This document shows, piece by piece, positions 12,758 through 25,167 of a stretch of 35,910 nucleotides of DNA. Position numbers and translations under genes: made by a program. This stretch comes from Octopus bimaculoides (Eukaryota): assembly GCF_001194135.2 (NCBI RefSeq), contig NC_068983.1, positions 113,723,393 to 113,759,302 on the forward strand. Reading direction: 5' to 3'. Below the pieces are notes generated by a model. The model had not been told where the DNA came from and ran no database searches. It was given only the letters and a program-made list of their open reading frames with translations. Position 1 is the stretch's first letter; the number at the start of each line of letters is the position of its first letter.

Positions 12758-12799
12758 TAGCCGGATCTTTCGTCAAGGATATAAAGAATTTCAGTGTCT

Positions 12800-14150
12800 A
12801 GTGAGACAGTGCTGTCACAAATAGCAGTGAACATATTAAAAAATAAGTAAAAGCAACAGAAGTAGTAAATTCCGCATTAATTCATCATAGATGTTCTCTT
12901 TTTCACATTCACTGGGCATCTGACTTCTACAACAGTGCATGAATTTTGTTTCCTGTCCCACAAAGCAATAACACGTCTGTTATGTGTTCCACCTGTATTC
13001 CTTGTTTTTAAACGTGTGAATACATGCTGGTTCTGACATGCCTTTTATGTATGCGTCAAGGCAATCTGTGGATAGCATTATAAGAGGTTTCTGCAACTGG
13101 ATCATGCCTCAACGGCAGATAGTATCTTGTAGACATTTGGGGGCAGCTGTTAATGATATGGGTGATATCTTCCACACTGGTATAGCAGAGCTGGTATTTT
13201 CTGTCACAGTGTGGAAGTTTGGTGATATCTTTGCTCCTCTTCGGTTCCCGGATAGCAAAGGCGTATCCTTCTAGGCGGGATGTAAGGTATCTATCATAGG
13301 TCCAGGAGAGGCTACGCTTCCTGTCACTGCTGTTGCTATCCTCTGGCTTACGGGATATGTACCCATATATTGCTTTTTGTTGGTATGATGCCTACTTCTC
13401 CAAACCTCTGCTTAGGTAGACCAGTCTAGCCTCCTTTGGGTCGCATGAGACTGTTGAATTCTCAGCATACTTGCACAGTAGTTCCTTTTACTGTTAATAT
13501 GGACGTTGCCAGTAGTGCTCGGTACCTTCCTAGTTTTGATATCTAGGTTGCGTATCCCGTCGAGTGTCCAGTCTAGTATTCCAAATGTGGATACTAGCAC
13601 TGGCACTGCAAAGCATTGTGGGGTATAATCTTGTTAACTGCAGACGGTTCTGAGTTTCATATTTTCTGGGGTCTACAGAAATACTCTTTTGTTATTCTGG
13701 CTGAAATCAAAGCACCAACGTATGCAACATTCTCATCACTTGTAGTTTTCATCGTGAGAGATAGGGTAGATATGCAAGCCATTGATGTACATGTTCTTTG
13801 GCTGACAATCTTTCTTCAGTTGACTATCATGTATGATCGTTTATCTTGCCCAAATTTCATTCCAGTTTCTTGAAAATGTAACTAGGTTCTAATTGTCTCT
13901 TAATGTTGATCGTGCTACTGGAAAATAATTTTAGATCATCAACAAAATTCTGTGGGTGACATTAAGTTTTATTCTCTTCTGCATATACCAAGATGTAGCC
14001 TCGGTATTTTAGTAACAAGGATTCACTGCCAGTACAACATGACAGATAAACTATTACCTTGGAATATTGACTGTTGATAGCTTAATTCTGTTTGTAAAAA
14101 TAAGTGTTGTTTTTGTAGTTGTCAGTGATAACTGTGTGGACCATTTGTGG
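12800..14150 (-). mobile_element. Decayed R4/Dong-type (RLE clade) non-LTR retrotransposon, 3' part of ORF
   Basis: Minus-strand translation across frameshifts gives the expected order of motifs: IFQGNSLSV (RT, ~14041-14067), FVDDLKLF (RT catalytic, 13923-13946), PVLVSTFGILDWT..LDIKTRK (thumb), LYL-RG, a CCHC-like CDRKYQLC..EDITHIINSCPQMSTRYYLPLRHD, and an HNRxD..WDRKQNSCTVVEV..P endonuclease region. Many stops and frameshifts. Confidence 0.85.
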
Positions 14151-14645
14151 GTTAGTCTTTCAATGTCATTCACTGTATAGCTAGTACTTTGGCAAGTATG
14201 TACGCATGCATGTATGTATGCATGTATGTATGATTATTTTTGGAGGAGTGGTATGAAAAATATGAAAAATGAGAGCAAGATTAATTATAACTAATAATTT
14301 TTGCCCTGAAAAATATATTGTGTTCTCCAGATATTGTGATATAAACCAAGCTGTAATCTCTTATTTCGCATTTCAGCTCCAGTTTATTTTTGATATATTT
14401 TTTCCCTTTTATCTGTAGTCATTTCCACTTTAAGTATTATAGAATTCTTTCTTTCAGTGATTGTCTAGCAATCTTGTAAGTATAAATAAAATTCACAACA
14501 TAACCGACTCAATAAATAACTGGAATATTATTTCTAACGAAATATCTAATGCAAAGACATATGAAGTGAAATGTACGACTAATTTTAATAAGCTCTCTTC
14601 TTCACAATTGGAACTTTCTAACAAGTGCATTGTGTCATTAAGGAT

Positions 14646-14970
14646 GTGATGGCGCATGGCTCAGTGGTTAGAGCGTTGGGCTCACAATCATGAGGTAGTG
14701 AGTTCGATTCTTGCACCGGGTTGTGTTCTTGAGCAAAACACTTTATTTCACGTTACTCCAGTTCACTCAACTGTAGAAATGAGTTGCGACGTCACTGGTA
14801 CCAAGCTGTATCGGCCTTTGCTTTTCTCTTGGATAACATCGGTGGCATGGAGAGGGGAGACTGATATGCATGACGACTGCAGGTCTTCCGTAAACAACCT
14901 TGCCTGGACATGTGCCTCGAAGGAGACTTTCTAGGTGCAATCCTATGGTCATTCATGACCGAAGGGAATC
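14646..14970 (+). mobile_element. tRNA-headed SINE (family C2)
   Basis: TGGCTCAGTGG A box and GAGTTCGATTC B box. The central TTGAGCAA.ACAC..TATTTCACGTT..TCCAGTTCACTCA segment is shared with 29575-29625. The tail differs from family C1. Confidence 0.8.
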
Positions 14971-15074
14971 CTTTTTCTAATAACCACATGCAGGTAAACG
15001 AATAAGCAACTTCCTGAGTATTTAAGACGACAAAATCACAGAAATAATTTCGTTTCAAAAAAGGGTTTCTAATT

Positions 15075-15215
15075 TAGGTACAAGGTCAACAATTTCGAGA
15101 GGAGGGGATTATGTCGACTCGGCTAGTTTCGTGGTTCTTTATAATTTACCAACCCCGGACGATTGAAATATGAAGTTAACCTTGGCAGGATTTGAACTCA
15201 GAACATAAAGTGATG
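15075..15215 (-). mobile_element. Family B SINE, more diverged tandem copy
   Basis: AGGTACAAGG...AACCCCG...TTAACCTTGGCAGGATTTGAACTCAGAAC parallels 15295-15425. Confidence 0.6.
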
Positions 15216-15271
15216 AGACAAGCGCTGTTGTGCGCTTCATTAATTCAACCAATCTAACACACCGATGCCTG

Positions 15272-15515
15272 TTTTAATAATTCTTTCCACCTTAGGCACA
15301 AGGCTTGTAATTTTTGGGGAGGGGAACTGTCGATTACATTGACTCCAGTACTTGATTTGTACTTATTTTATCGACCCCGAAAGAATGGAAAGCAAAGTTG
15401 ACCTTGGCTGAATTTGAACTCAGAATGTAAAAGATAGACGAAATGCCACTAAATATATATATATATTTTTTTTTTTTTCAGCGTGCAAACAATTCTGCCA
15501 ACACGTTGCCTTTCT
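15272..15515 (-). mobile_element. Family B SINE (Deu/Nin-domain-like core)
   Basis: The reverse complement contains GAGTTCAAATTCAGCCAAGGTCAACTTTGCTTTCCATTCTTTCGGGGTCGATAAAATAAGTAC, resembling the Deu/Nin SINE domain. Related copies lie at 2221-2345, 15075-15215 and 27420-27495, with a head at 27768-27833. Confidence 0.7.
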
Positions 15516-17339
15516 TGATTTAATAATGAATGTATTATTATCTAAATATAATAGGTGGATTTTTGTTTCTTCTTTTCTATCGTGCAATTCTGTAATTTTC
15601 ATCATTGCTCTACTTTCACCTTCGACTAATAAGATAATCTATGAAAATCTTGTCTAGCGTTTCATATATTTAGGTGGTTTACATAAGATACGTATCGAGA
15701 ACGGAATCCATTACCTAATATAGATCGATTTATATCTAATACAGATCGAATATTTTCACACGCAAATTTTACAAATGACGTGATATGTGATGAAATTCTT
15801 GAGCATCTCTTCTGTATAATACAATGTTAGCTATATAATTTGTATCATGCAACATCATCAGCTCAATCTTGTATACAGCATCTTATCTAAACATTCATTC
15901 ACTCAAATTTCTAACTTTTATGCCAGCTCTGCAGAATTCAACCTATTTATTCTTCTTATACATGCAGCGTTAAATCTTCCCTAAAGTTCGACAGTTTTAA
16001 ACTTGGCATTTGTGTCCACGCTCACGCTATGAATGTTTATATCCGAAGCACATATTACAGTAAATAATTGACATTTTATTATCATACTTGTCCTGTTGTT
16101 CTGTACATTGTAACACTTTACATTATGTGGCATTACGTGACTCTATGCGAATCATGTTATATTCTTGCATCAATCCTTTCACCTATCCTCGTTTCTCCCC
16201 ACCATGTGTTTCCTTGTTTCATTCAGCTGGGTACTAGCCGAATGAAACAACGAAGACATTATCTCACATTGCTATATAGTCACTTTACTTATTTTGCTAA
16301 ATACTTTCTTGTTTTATCTCATTTTCTACATTTTGCATCTTCATTTCACGTTGTTCCAGTCTACTAACTGGCCAAAATGAGAAATCCTGTGACGGGCCGG
16401 CATTCTGTCCTGGGGTTGGAGGAATAGATACGCTACAGAATCCAGGGAAGCAGTCTTATGGGCCTATGGTTTCGGAGGGACCTTTGATATTTGATTACAT
16501 ATGTGAAAACAAAGATGAGCTAAGAGGGATAAATCTAAGTGGCTAGTACCATGCATTTGAACAACATAGACAAATACAGGTACATCAAATGCCATACAAC
16601 ATAAATATAATTTGCTAAAATTACCTCTGTCTCTAGAGGAAGTATAACAAGTGAGCGGCGACTGAGACCAGCTCGATATGAGAAGATAATATAATCTCGA
16701 AAACCAAGAGTCCACCAAAGTTGACGTGCTATCAAACAAAAGGATGAGATATCTTCTCTTTTCATATCGTGTTCATCCTCTGGAGGCGGAGAAAATGTTA
16801 ACAATTCAAAAGTGTATGTTGTATGTCATTTCATATATATGTATTCGTCTATGTCGTTCATATTCATGTCACTAGCCATTCTGAATTAATTATTTCTATT
16901 AGCTTCATTTCTGTTTAATTATGCAAATAACCTAAGCCATAAATGCATTCTACTCATTTTGGTATATATTTCTAAGTCCTCTGCGTGCTGCAATTGAGAC
17001 AGGACAACTGTCCTGCTTATGATGTTTATCTGTGCATGTCCACTACTACTTTTTTATCTTCTTTTCCATTACGGCACGTCAACTTCGGTGAAATTTTGGT
17101 TCATAATATCATCTCCTCTTCTCATAGAGAGCTGGTCTCAGTTGTTATTTGATAATTATGTGTGTCCACTACAAGCGGAAATGCAGACGAGAATCGTCTC
17201 AGTGTACTGCACTTTTTCAGTGGTAGGTGTCTGGTGACCGCATACCAGCCAAATCTCGCTGTCACGGTACATAGAACACCAATGTTTCTCCGTCACTGGT
17301 GCAGTAAATAGCTAGCAGGCTTATTAGAAAATAATTATT

Positions 17340-17885
17340 AGCGAAGGAAACAATGGGTACCCATACCAGGCGTGTCTCATCTGCTACGATGTATGCCTGC
17401 GCTTTTATGCACCTTGCGTCTATATTAAAGAATCTCTTAAAGCGAACGCCGCAGTATTTGGCGTTCTAACAAGACATCCACGTTAAGTTAGATATAAAAA
17501 TTGATTTTTGGTACTCATACTGCTTCCATCATTAATAATTATTTTCTAATAAGCCTGTAAGCTTTTAGCAGTATCAGTGACTGAAAAGACAATGATCCTT
17601 TATACATCGTGACAACGAGATTTGGCTAGCATGCAGTCACCGGCGGCTGCCACTCAAGAAGTGTATTACACTGAAATTACATGATCTGGTTGTTCCGGCG
17701 CCCATTCCAGACGATTCGTGTCTGCTATGATATATATCTGTGCTTTGATGCACTATACGTCTATATAAGAGGACTTCTTAAACGAATACAGCAATATTCG
17801 GCATTCTAACAAGATATTCACGTTAAGTTGGATATAAAGATTGCTTTTGGAACTAATACTGCTTCTCTCTCTAATAATTATATAC
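17340..17885 (+). repeat. Diverged tandem duplication, period about 340 bp
   Basis: 17380-17540 and 17720-17880 align (CTGCTA.GAT.TAT..CTG.GCTTT.ATGCAC....CGTCTATAT...TTCTAACAAGA.AT.CACGTTAAGTT.GATATAAA.ATTG). Confidence 0.75.
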
Positions 17886-17898
17886 AAATATGTATACG

Positions 17899-17931
<33 letters not shown>

Positions 17932-18026
17932 NNNNNNNNNNNNNNNNNNNNNNNNNNNNNNNNNNNNNNNNNNNNNNNNNNNNNNNNNNNNNTATATATA
18001 TACACGTATATATACAAATGTATGCA

Positions 18027-18885
18027 TGCATATATGGGTACAGGATATCACCAACTGTGTAAACAACATGAAGTACGAAAACAAACGAGTTAAATACGCA
18101 AACAACGAGAGAGAAAAATAGAAAACAGGACAAATAACAGAGAACGACCCTTCATCAATTGTCAGCTGTCTATCCACTCCTCATTTCAAGCATTCAATGA
18201 CAATATGTGTCTTCGAAGACAGTTGCTCCCATAAATTCAAAAATAAAATTTGGTAACAAGAACAGGACAGTGGAGACATACAAGGAAACCAAACGAAAAC
18301 AAACATGGAGGTTGTTTAGACCAGAACGAGAAGAAAATTGTGAACGCTGAGAGAAATATTTTCTTTGAAAAGAGAAAAGATAGAAGATAGAGATAGAAGA
18401 CGTCCAGTCCTTAGCACGTCGTGCAGGAAAAGAAAGATGAACATGTGAGGAAAAGAAAGATGGACGATGGTCACGTGTAAGCAACAATAGAGAGAAAAAG
18501 AGAAGGAGGGAGAGAGAGTGAGTGACAGATAGAAAACGGTGAAGGGGAGAAAAAGGAAATTAGAGAAGGATGGGAAGAAAACATTATAGAGTCGCATCAA
18601 AAAGGTTAAGATAAACTTACTTGAAAATGGATACGTGGCGTTGAATTAAATAATAATATAAATGATATATATACACACATGCATATATGGGTACAGGACG
18701 CCACCAACTGTGTAAACAAACGAGTTAAATACGCAAACAACGAGAGAGAAATGGAAAACAGGACAAGTAACAGAGAACGACCCTTCATCAGTTATCAGCT
18801 GTCTATCTACTCATTTCGAGCATTCAACGGTAATGTGAGTTTTCGAAGACAGTTAGTCCCATAAATTCGAAAATAAAATTTTGGA
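18027..18885 (+). repeat. About 650-bp local repeat unit, 1.3 tandem copies
   Basis: 18027-18253 and 18680-18885 align directly (GCATATATGGGTACAGGA...CCCATAAATTC.AAAATAAAATTT). Confidence 0.85.
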
Positions 18886-18964
18886 TTTATCGAGTGTCAA
18901 AAGTTGGGAGCAAAAACAGGAAACATAAATGTGCACATATATACCCACGCATATGTGTGCGTGC

Positions 18965-19011
<47 letters not shown>

Positions 19012-22000
19012 TCGGTAACTGCAGTGTATTTGCCTTTAGCAGTTGAAATATGTGACAAACATATTTCAACTAACTTAAATATATATATATACATGCATGC
19101 ATACATACTCACGCATGCATGAAGACTAATACAGGTGTATCAAATATCATACAAGATAAATTTTTGATTTGTTGAAATCATCTCCTCTTCGAAAAAAGAA
19201 TAAACGAATGCCGTGTGGCCATTCCGATCAACTCCGCGCGGGAAGATAATCTCGAGAACCAAGAATCCTTCGAAACTAACGTTCCATTAAGAAAAAACAG
19301 TGTTTGTCAAGAGACAAGTAAACAGATGGTGAAACATATTTCTGGCCTAACATGCGTCATCAGCACAGTAGTTGTTCTATTGTAAATCCAACAGATACGA
19401 TGCATATAGATATACAAAAGGAGTAGAAGATATCGATGACCATAATTTAAAATGAACCAGGAGAAAATCATATTTGCCAGTGGCATAGACGTAAGCAATA
19501 AAAATGAAAATTACCACTGAAAATAATTTTTTATATATGCGCGCGTGTGCGTATGTGTGTGATTGTGTGTGTAGCGGGGGTCGGGGGCTGTAATACTCAT
19601 ACACATAAATAAAATACTTACGCATTCTTACTCTTATGTATGTGCATATTTTTGATGCTGTTGCTGTTGTTTACGTCCAAATGATCTTTAATAAAGCACT
19701 CCCATGACTAAAGGCATTCCATTTGTGACCATCCAGCTTTCTTTTTATATTCATGTGTGCATTCATTGCCTGCTTATGTATGATTTGAATGAGATTTCTT
19801 TAGTATTTCTCTATAAAAATGTATGTCTGCAAGGACGTTCTAATGTATGTATTTAGCTTAGGAAGAGAAATACATTAACAATAGCCGACCGATTCTTCTA
19901 CGCATAGCACCAATACTTGTTCTATATCATTTTATCTTTAAATTGAATATTCAATGAACATTATTCTTCATTAATTTCAGTCTTGCGCAAAATATAGAAA
20001 TATTCGACGACGCAGTATTATTACTAAACATGAAAGAAATCAATATTTCTGGTCGTTTTTGCTTTTAAGGTAAACCAACATCTTTAAAAAAAATCAGGTG
20101 TAATGAAAAAGAACAGAGGGGGAAAATAACATTATAAATTAGATAATTATTTTTCATCCTTTTTCCTTTCACTTCTTTTTCGCTTGTCTTTTCATCCTCT
20201 GGGAGTTGCTATCTAGAAATCTTACTACAATTGGACGAGAGACGTTAAGGGAAGTATCTACTTTTCCTTAACTATTCCTATTACTCGTGTCACTTCCTAA
20301 TATCATTTCTTTTTCCTTTCTCTCTTTCTCTTTCTCTCTCACTCACTGTGTGTGTTGTGTGTGTGTGCGTTTGTGTTGTGTGTGTGTGTGAGTTTGTTTG
20401 TTGTGTGTGTATGTGTTTGTGCGTGGGCTTAACCTACAGTACATCTGCGTTTTGAGTTCTCTACACTGCCGGGTGTGTTACACAATTGTGTGTCACTTTC
20501 CTCTACATACATACAAACATACATACTTAAATGCATACATACATACATGCGTACATATATAACTACATGTGTGTGTATGCAGATATGCACACATGTATGC
20601 ATGTCTTTACTGTTTATTAGGATTCTTCCTAGATGGAGGGAACAAGATACTAACAAAGAAAGGAAGATTCCATCACAGGTATTTGTCTAAGAACAACAGT
20701 AATTGTAAATGTGTATGTATGCAAGTATATATGTATGTATATATGTGCATGTGTGTGTATGTGTCTGTGGTATGTATACGTATATGTATAGCTGTATGTA
20801 CACACACACCCATACACGCACACACACACACACACACCCATATATATATATATATAGTTGAAATCTACAGAAAAACAAAAAACGAAGACAGGTGTATGAA
20901 CAACAAGCAGGTGTATTAGTCTGACGCTCGGGGAAATGTAAAAGTATTTTACGNNNNNNNNNNNNNNNNNNNNNNNNNNNNNNNNNNNNNNNNNNNNNNN
21001 NNNNNNNNNNNNNNNNNNNNNNNNNNNNNATATATATATATATATATATATACAAGCATGCACACACATTTATTCTAAATTATCAGACTGCGTTTTCTTT
21101 TATGGTATATGAATCTTGGGGGGTTATTGCTTCACGAGATTATCTCCCCTTCTCATTCGGAATTTGTCTCAAATGACATCAGATTATAGATGATTTTACT
21201 TTCTCTAGAAGCGGAGATGATTTCAGTAAACCAAGAATTTATGTTGTGTGGTATTTAATAAACCTTTATTTGCCTTCACTGTTGAACTACATGTCTCCCT
21301 CTGAGTTATTTCCTTGGTTCATTTTCGAGTACGCGCGCGCGTGCGTGTATGTGTGTGTGTAAATATACATATATAAATTTATATTATATCCTCACAAGCA
21401 TACACATATAACGAATGTCTTGCTCTCTTTTTGCTTTCGTTTATTTGTTAACTCTCTGTTCGTATTCCTGTTTTGTTTTTTTATCAATCCATCATTCTGA
21501 CTATGCATGTATCCACTTGGTTGTTTACCCGCTTACACTATTCATTTATCCGTCTAGCTAAATGCTAACTAATACTTGATCTACAAATCTTTGTGTGTTT
21601 GTCTTTGAATATGTATGTCCTTCTGACTACCTTTTCTATTCTTCTGTGTCTTCTAATCTGTTACAATATTTGTAAATTATAGAGCGCCGTTAAAATTACT
21701 TTACAGTAATTCCTCACAACTGGGAATCGATACAGTTACTGTGAGATTGCTTCGCTTCTCAGCTGAAGTTATATCACGGACCATTGCTTTGACGATCACA
21801 GGCTTAATAGGGCTCAAGAAAGCTCGTCACACGATCGCATTCTTCTAACGTTAGATATGAAACCTGTTGCCTCAACAAATAGGTCAATTCCACTTGGTAT
21901 GTACTATAGAAGAAATTTACTCCTGCTTAACCAACTTAGTAATCCAGTTTCTATTCGAGCCTTGCTTAATTTCCCATTACTTTCATCGCTAACATTAGTA

Positions 22001-22764
22001 GTTAAAGACTGGAACTCAGCTTAAAATTACAGAATTAATTCGATATTTGCGATGAAACAGTGGTCGAATGACCCGATAGGTGCAAAGACAGTTTACAATT
22101 ATTTTGTGAAACAGATAAAGAGCGTCTCTAGAATGCAATTCGAAAATGAAAGACGTTGATGTGTAATCAAATGTTAAGGATAGCTGCACATCCTGCAACT
22201 GAACCGAAAGCATTGCTATGAGATGTGAACGATAACTTTGGAAAGGGTTGAAATGAATGATAAGTTCTCAATGATGGAGGAGGCATAGACAAAGTGCTGA
22301 TGATGATTCGAGGTATTCGGTGTGGGATTTATTTGAGGAAATGAGAGGCAGAGACGTTGAACCAGAGTGAAATCCAGGTAAGACTGATAAGTGAGCGGGA
22401 GAGAGGTGTCTAAATATGCGCAGACACAAACTTTCGGAGTGAAGTTTAAGAAAAGAGTATTGATGGCCTGGCCAATATCGATGAACAGTAAATAAGATGA
22501 GAATTTTGAATCTCAGAGAATAAGATATGTGCTTTGAATGTGAGTAACAGGTAATGTGTGGAAATTAGGTTGGATAGAAGTGCTTGCATATTTAAGATAA
22601 AGAGAGGGAATTGACAAGAGAGCTTAGTTCATTGAATTCTCTGCCAGAAGCCTGGTCTAAATGTTTGCATCAGAGTGAACTCCGCTAAAGACATCTATGG
22701 GCCAATTCATAGCGTAAAACCAAGTGGTGTGGTGCACATACCACTCCCAAAAAGTATTGAGCTG

Positions 22765-23002
22765 TCTCTCACTTGTTTCAGTCACCAGATTGTGGCCATA
22801 CTGAGGCACCGCCTTGAAGAATTTTTGATTGAATGGATCGACCGCAGGAATCATTTTAATTTCAAGCCTGATACTTATTTTATCCGCCTCATTTGCCATA
22901 CCTCTACGTTGCGGAGGCGTAAACACACCAACACGGGTCTTCAAGCAGTGGTATGAGAGAAACACAAAGACAAAGACACACACACACACACACTCTCTTC
23001 CT

Positions 23003-23035
<33 letters not shown>

Positions 23036-23281
23036 CTTCCTCTCTCCCTTCCCCTCTCTCTCTCTCTTTCACACATACACACATGTATGTATGCATGCAT
23101 GCATGTATGTATGTATGTATTTATGTATGTATGTATGTATGTATGTATGTATGAGTGCTTCTTTCAATCTCTGTCGACCAAATCCACTCACAGGGCTTTG
23201 GTCGACCCGAGGCTATAGTAGAATTTTGAACCCGGAACAATGTGGTCGGGAAGCAAACTTCTAGCCTCACAGCTGCGCCTG
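22765..23281 (-). mobile_element. Family A SINE, diverged, with expanded internal microsatellite
   Basis: Head at 23153-23281 with an internal deletion, (CA)(CT)(ATGT) repeats at 22960-23152, and body at 22765-22950. All parts align by eye to the reverse complement of 31043-31430. Confidence 0.75.
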
Positions 23282-23969
23282 CATATCTGATTATTTATCT
23301 TTTGTTTATTTGTCTGTTTGTTTGTTTGTTTGTTTGTTGTCATCGATCAAACCAGTTTTCTTATTCTAAAACATTCCACACAAACATAAACACACATACA
23401 AATGCATAAATCTTAACGTATACGAAAACATAGATTTGCACGCACACGCATGCGCACGTGTATCCCCAGGAGATGTCGTGTTCCTGAAAACTAGATTATT
23501 TATTTAAAAGTATAAATATAGTCACTGCTGTATTTAGACTTATCATCAATATATCATTCTCCAAAATATCTCAGTATTGTATTCCGAGGGAGAAGTCTAT
23601 GAGAACATTTGACAAATTATATGTGTGTATGCGTGTGTATATATGTATTTGTATATATGTATTTGTATATATATACTTGTATATATGTGTTTGCGTGCGT
23701 GCGAGGGAGTGAGAGATAGAGAGAGATAGAGAGAGAAAGAGAGAGATGGAGACACAGAGATGCTTGAAAAATCTTTGAGCAACGCAGATAAAGTGTTGAA
23801 CAAAATATGTAAGGTGATGTCAATGAATGAAAAATTAAGATAGAAAAGATATTGTGTTAACTTACATACGTTGTTTAATATTCCTATAACATTTCAGAGA
23901 AAATTTATATATTAAAACAGCAGAAAATAAACACGACAAACTTAAGCGCAAACTGGCTTAGCTAACTAC

Positions 23970-24600
23970 CTTTCACCTACAAACCTTTTTCAACCGTTCC
24001 AATTAATTTGTCACATATATTAACCATATTACTACAACATAATTTATTATATCTAAAAGTTTCGTACAGCTTACCCTATTTGAATAATGAATAAGGCAGT
24101 TTTAATATTAATTATAATAATAATAATCTTGCACTAACACCTAATACTGAGAGAACTAGTAGAAATTCTTTTAACCATGAGTGCTAAATACATGTGAATA
24201 AATGCCTATGCAACTGTAAGAACAAAATTGTCAGCCCTTTAGAAAATCAATGTTTAAGGAAAAATATAATTTATCAGTGTAAGGTAATAACAGAGGATCG
24301 GAAGTATTATTACACAGGTTCATCTGCTACAATTTGGAAATCTAAATTTCATAATCATTCTCATTCATCTAAGTATAGAAGAAAAATCTTAGTAAAAGCA
24401 CGTGAGATTTAAAAGATAGTAATATTAAGTATGATTTAAAGTGGTCCTGCACCATCGTGTAATATTGGTAATTCTACATGCAATGTTTACCTTGAAGAAA
24501 TGTATTATATAATTACTTCTAAATTATTTTTATTAAATTTTAATGGGAATTTTACAATGAAATGTTGCCACAAATTTTGGACGGTATTTAAATATTTCAG
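23970..24600 (+). mobile_element. Decayed Penelope-like element, C-terminal GIY-YIG endonuclease region
   Basis: LKVSYS at 24053-24070, then CNCKNKIVSPLENQCLRKNIIYQCKV..YYYTG..WKSKFHNHSHS (ORF 24194-24412). After a frameshift it reads LKDSNIKYDLKWS..CNIGNSTCNVYLEEMYYIITSK..KCCHK, matching the typical PLE endonuclease motif order. Confidence 0.85.
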
Positions 24601-24929
24601 TTCTTAATTATAATTAATTTCATATGTTATATGATAAGCTTACTTTTTCTAAAACAGTTTACTATATTCAATAAATAGATAACTAATTGCCGTGACGTAA
24701 AATCTCTATTTCTAATTGTCGTAACGTACAATTCTTAGGTTTATTTTTTATTCTTTCGTTATCCACTGACGTCACCAATAGCTGAATACAAAGTAGCTTT
24801 TCTTAGATAATATTTCTTCTTAGCGTTCTTTTTGAAAGCGTTCGTGCGCTAGAAATATTTCTTTAATTCACTTTGAATTTAACGAATTCTAGATCACCTT
24901 AAAAACGTTGTGTATTTTCAGAAATATTA

Positions 24930-25131
24930 ATTTCAATATTTTCTATATCATCTTTCTTTATCCTTCATGGCTGTCGTAAAGACTGCACGTATCCTATCTA
25001 TCTCTCTCTCTTCTATCTTTTCTCTTGTCGAAGTAAATATTTCACCAGCGTTCGCTATTTTACCTTTGTCTTGTTTAACATCCCTCGTATTTGATGTTGT
25101 TTATGGTTTGTGACGTCCCGTACCCATATAT

Positions 25132-25167
<36 letters not shown>

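Larger units (their letters stand above)
16565..21275. repeat. Four diverged copies of a ~180-230-bp local repeat: 16565-16745 (+), 17055-17150 (-), 19121-19295 (+), 21095-21275 (-)
   Basis: Shared blocks include GAC.AATACAGGT..ATCAAAT.CCATACAAC/GATAAAT, GAAATCATCTCC.CTTC, GAAGATAATCTCG.GAACCAAG and ACTGAGACCAGCTC..TATGAGAAGA...AAGTTGACGTGC. Confidence 0.7.

Noticed and set aside
22657-23100. 147-aa minus-strand ORF with a protein-like C-terminal half
   Set aside because: It lies largely over a family A SINE body and its microsatellite linker.
24600-24800. Hammerhead expected downstream of the Penelope ORF
   Set aside because: No intact CUGANGA...GAAA core with pairing stems was found.
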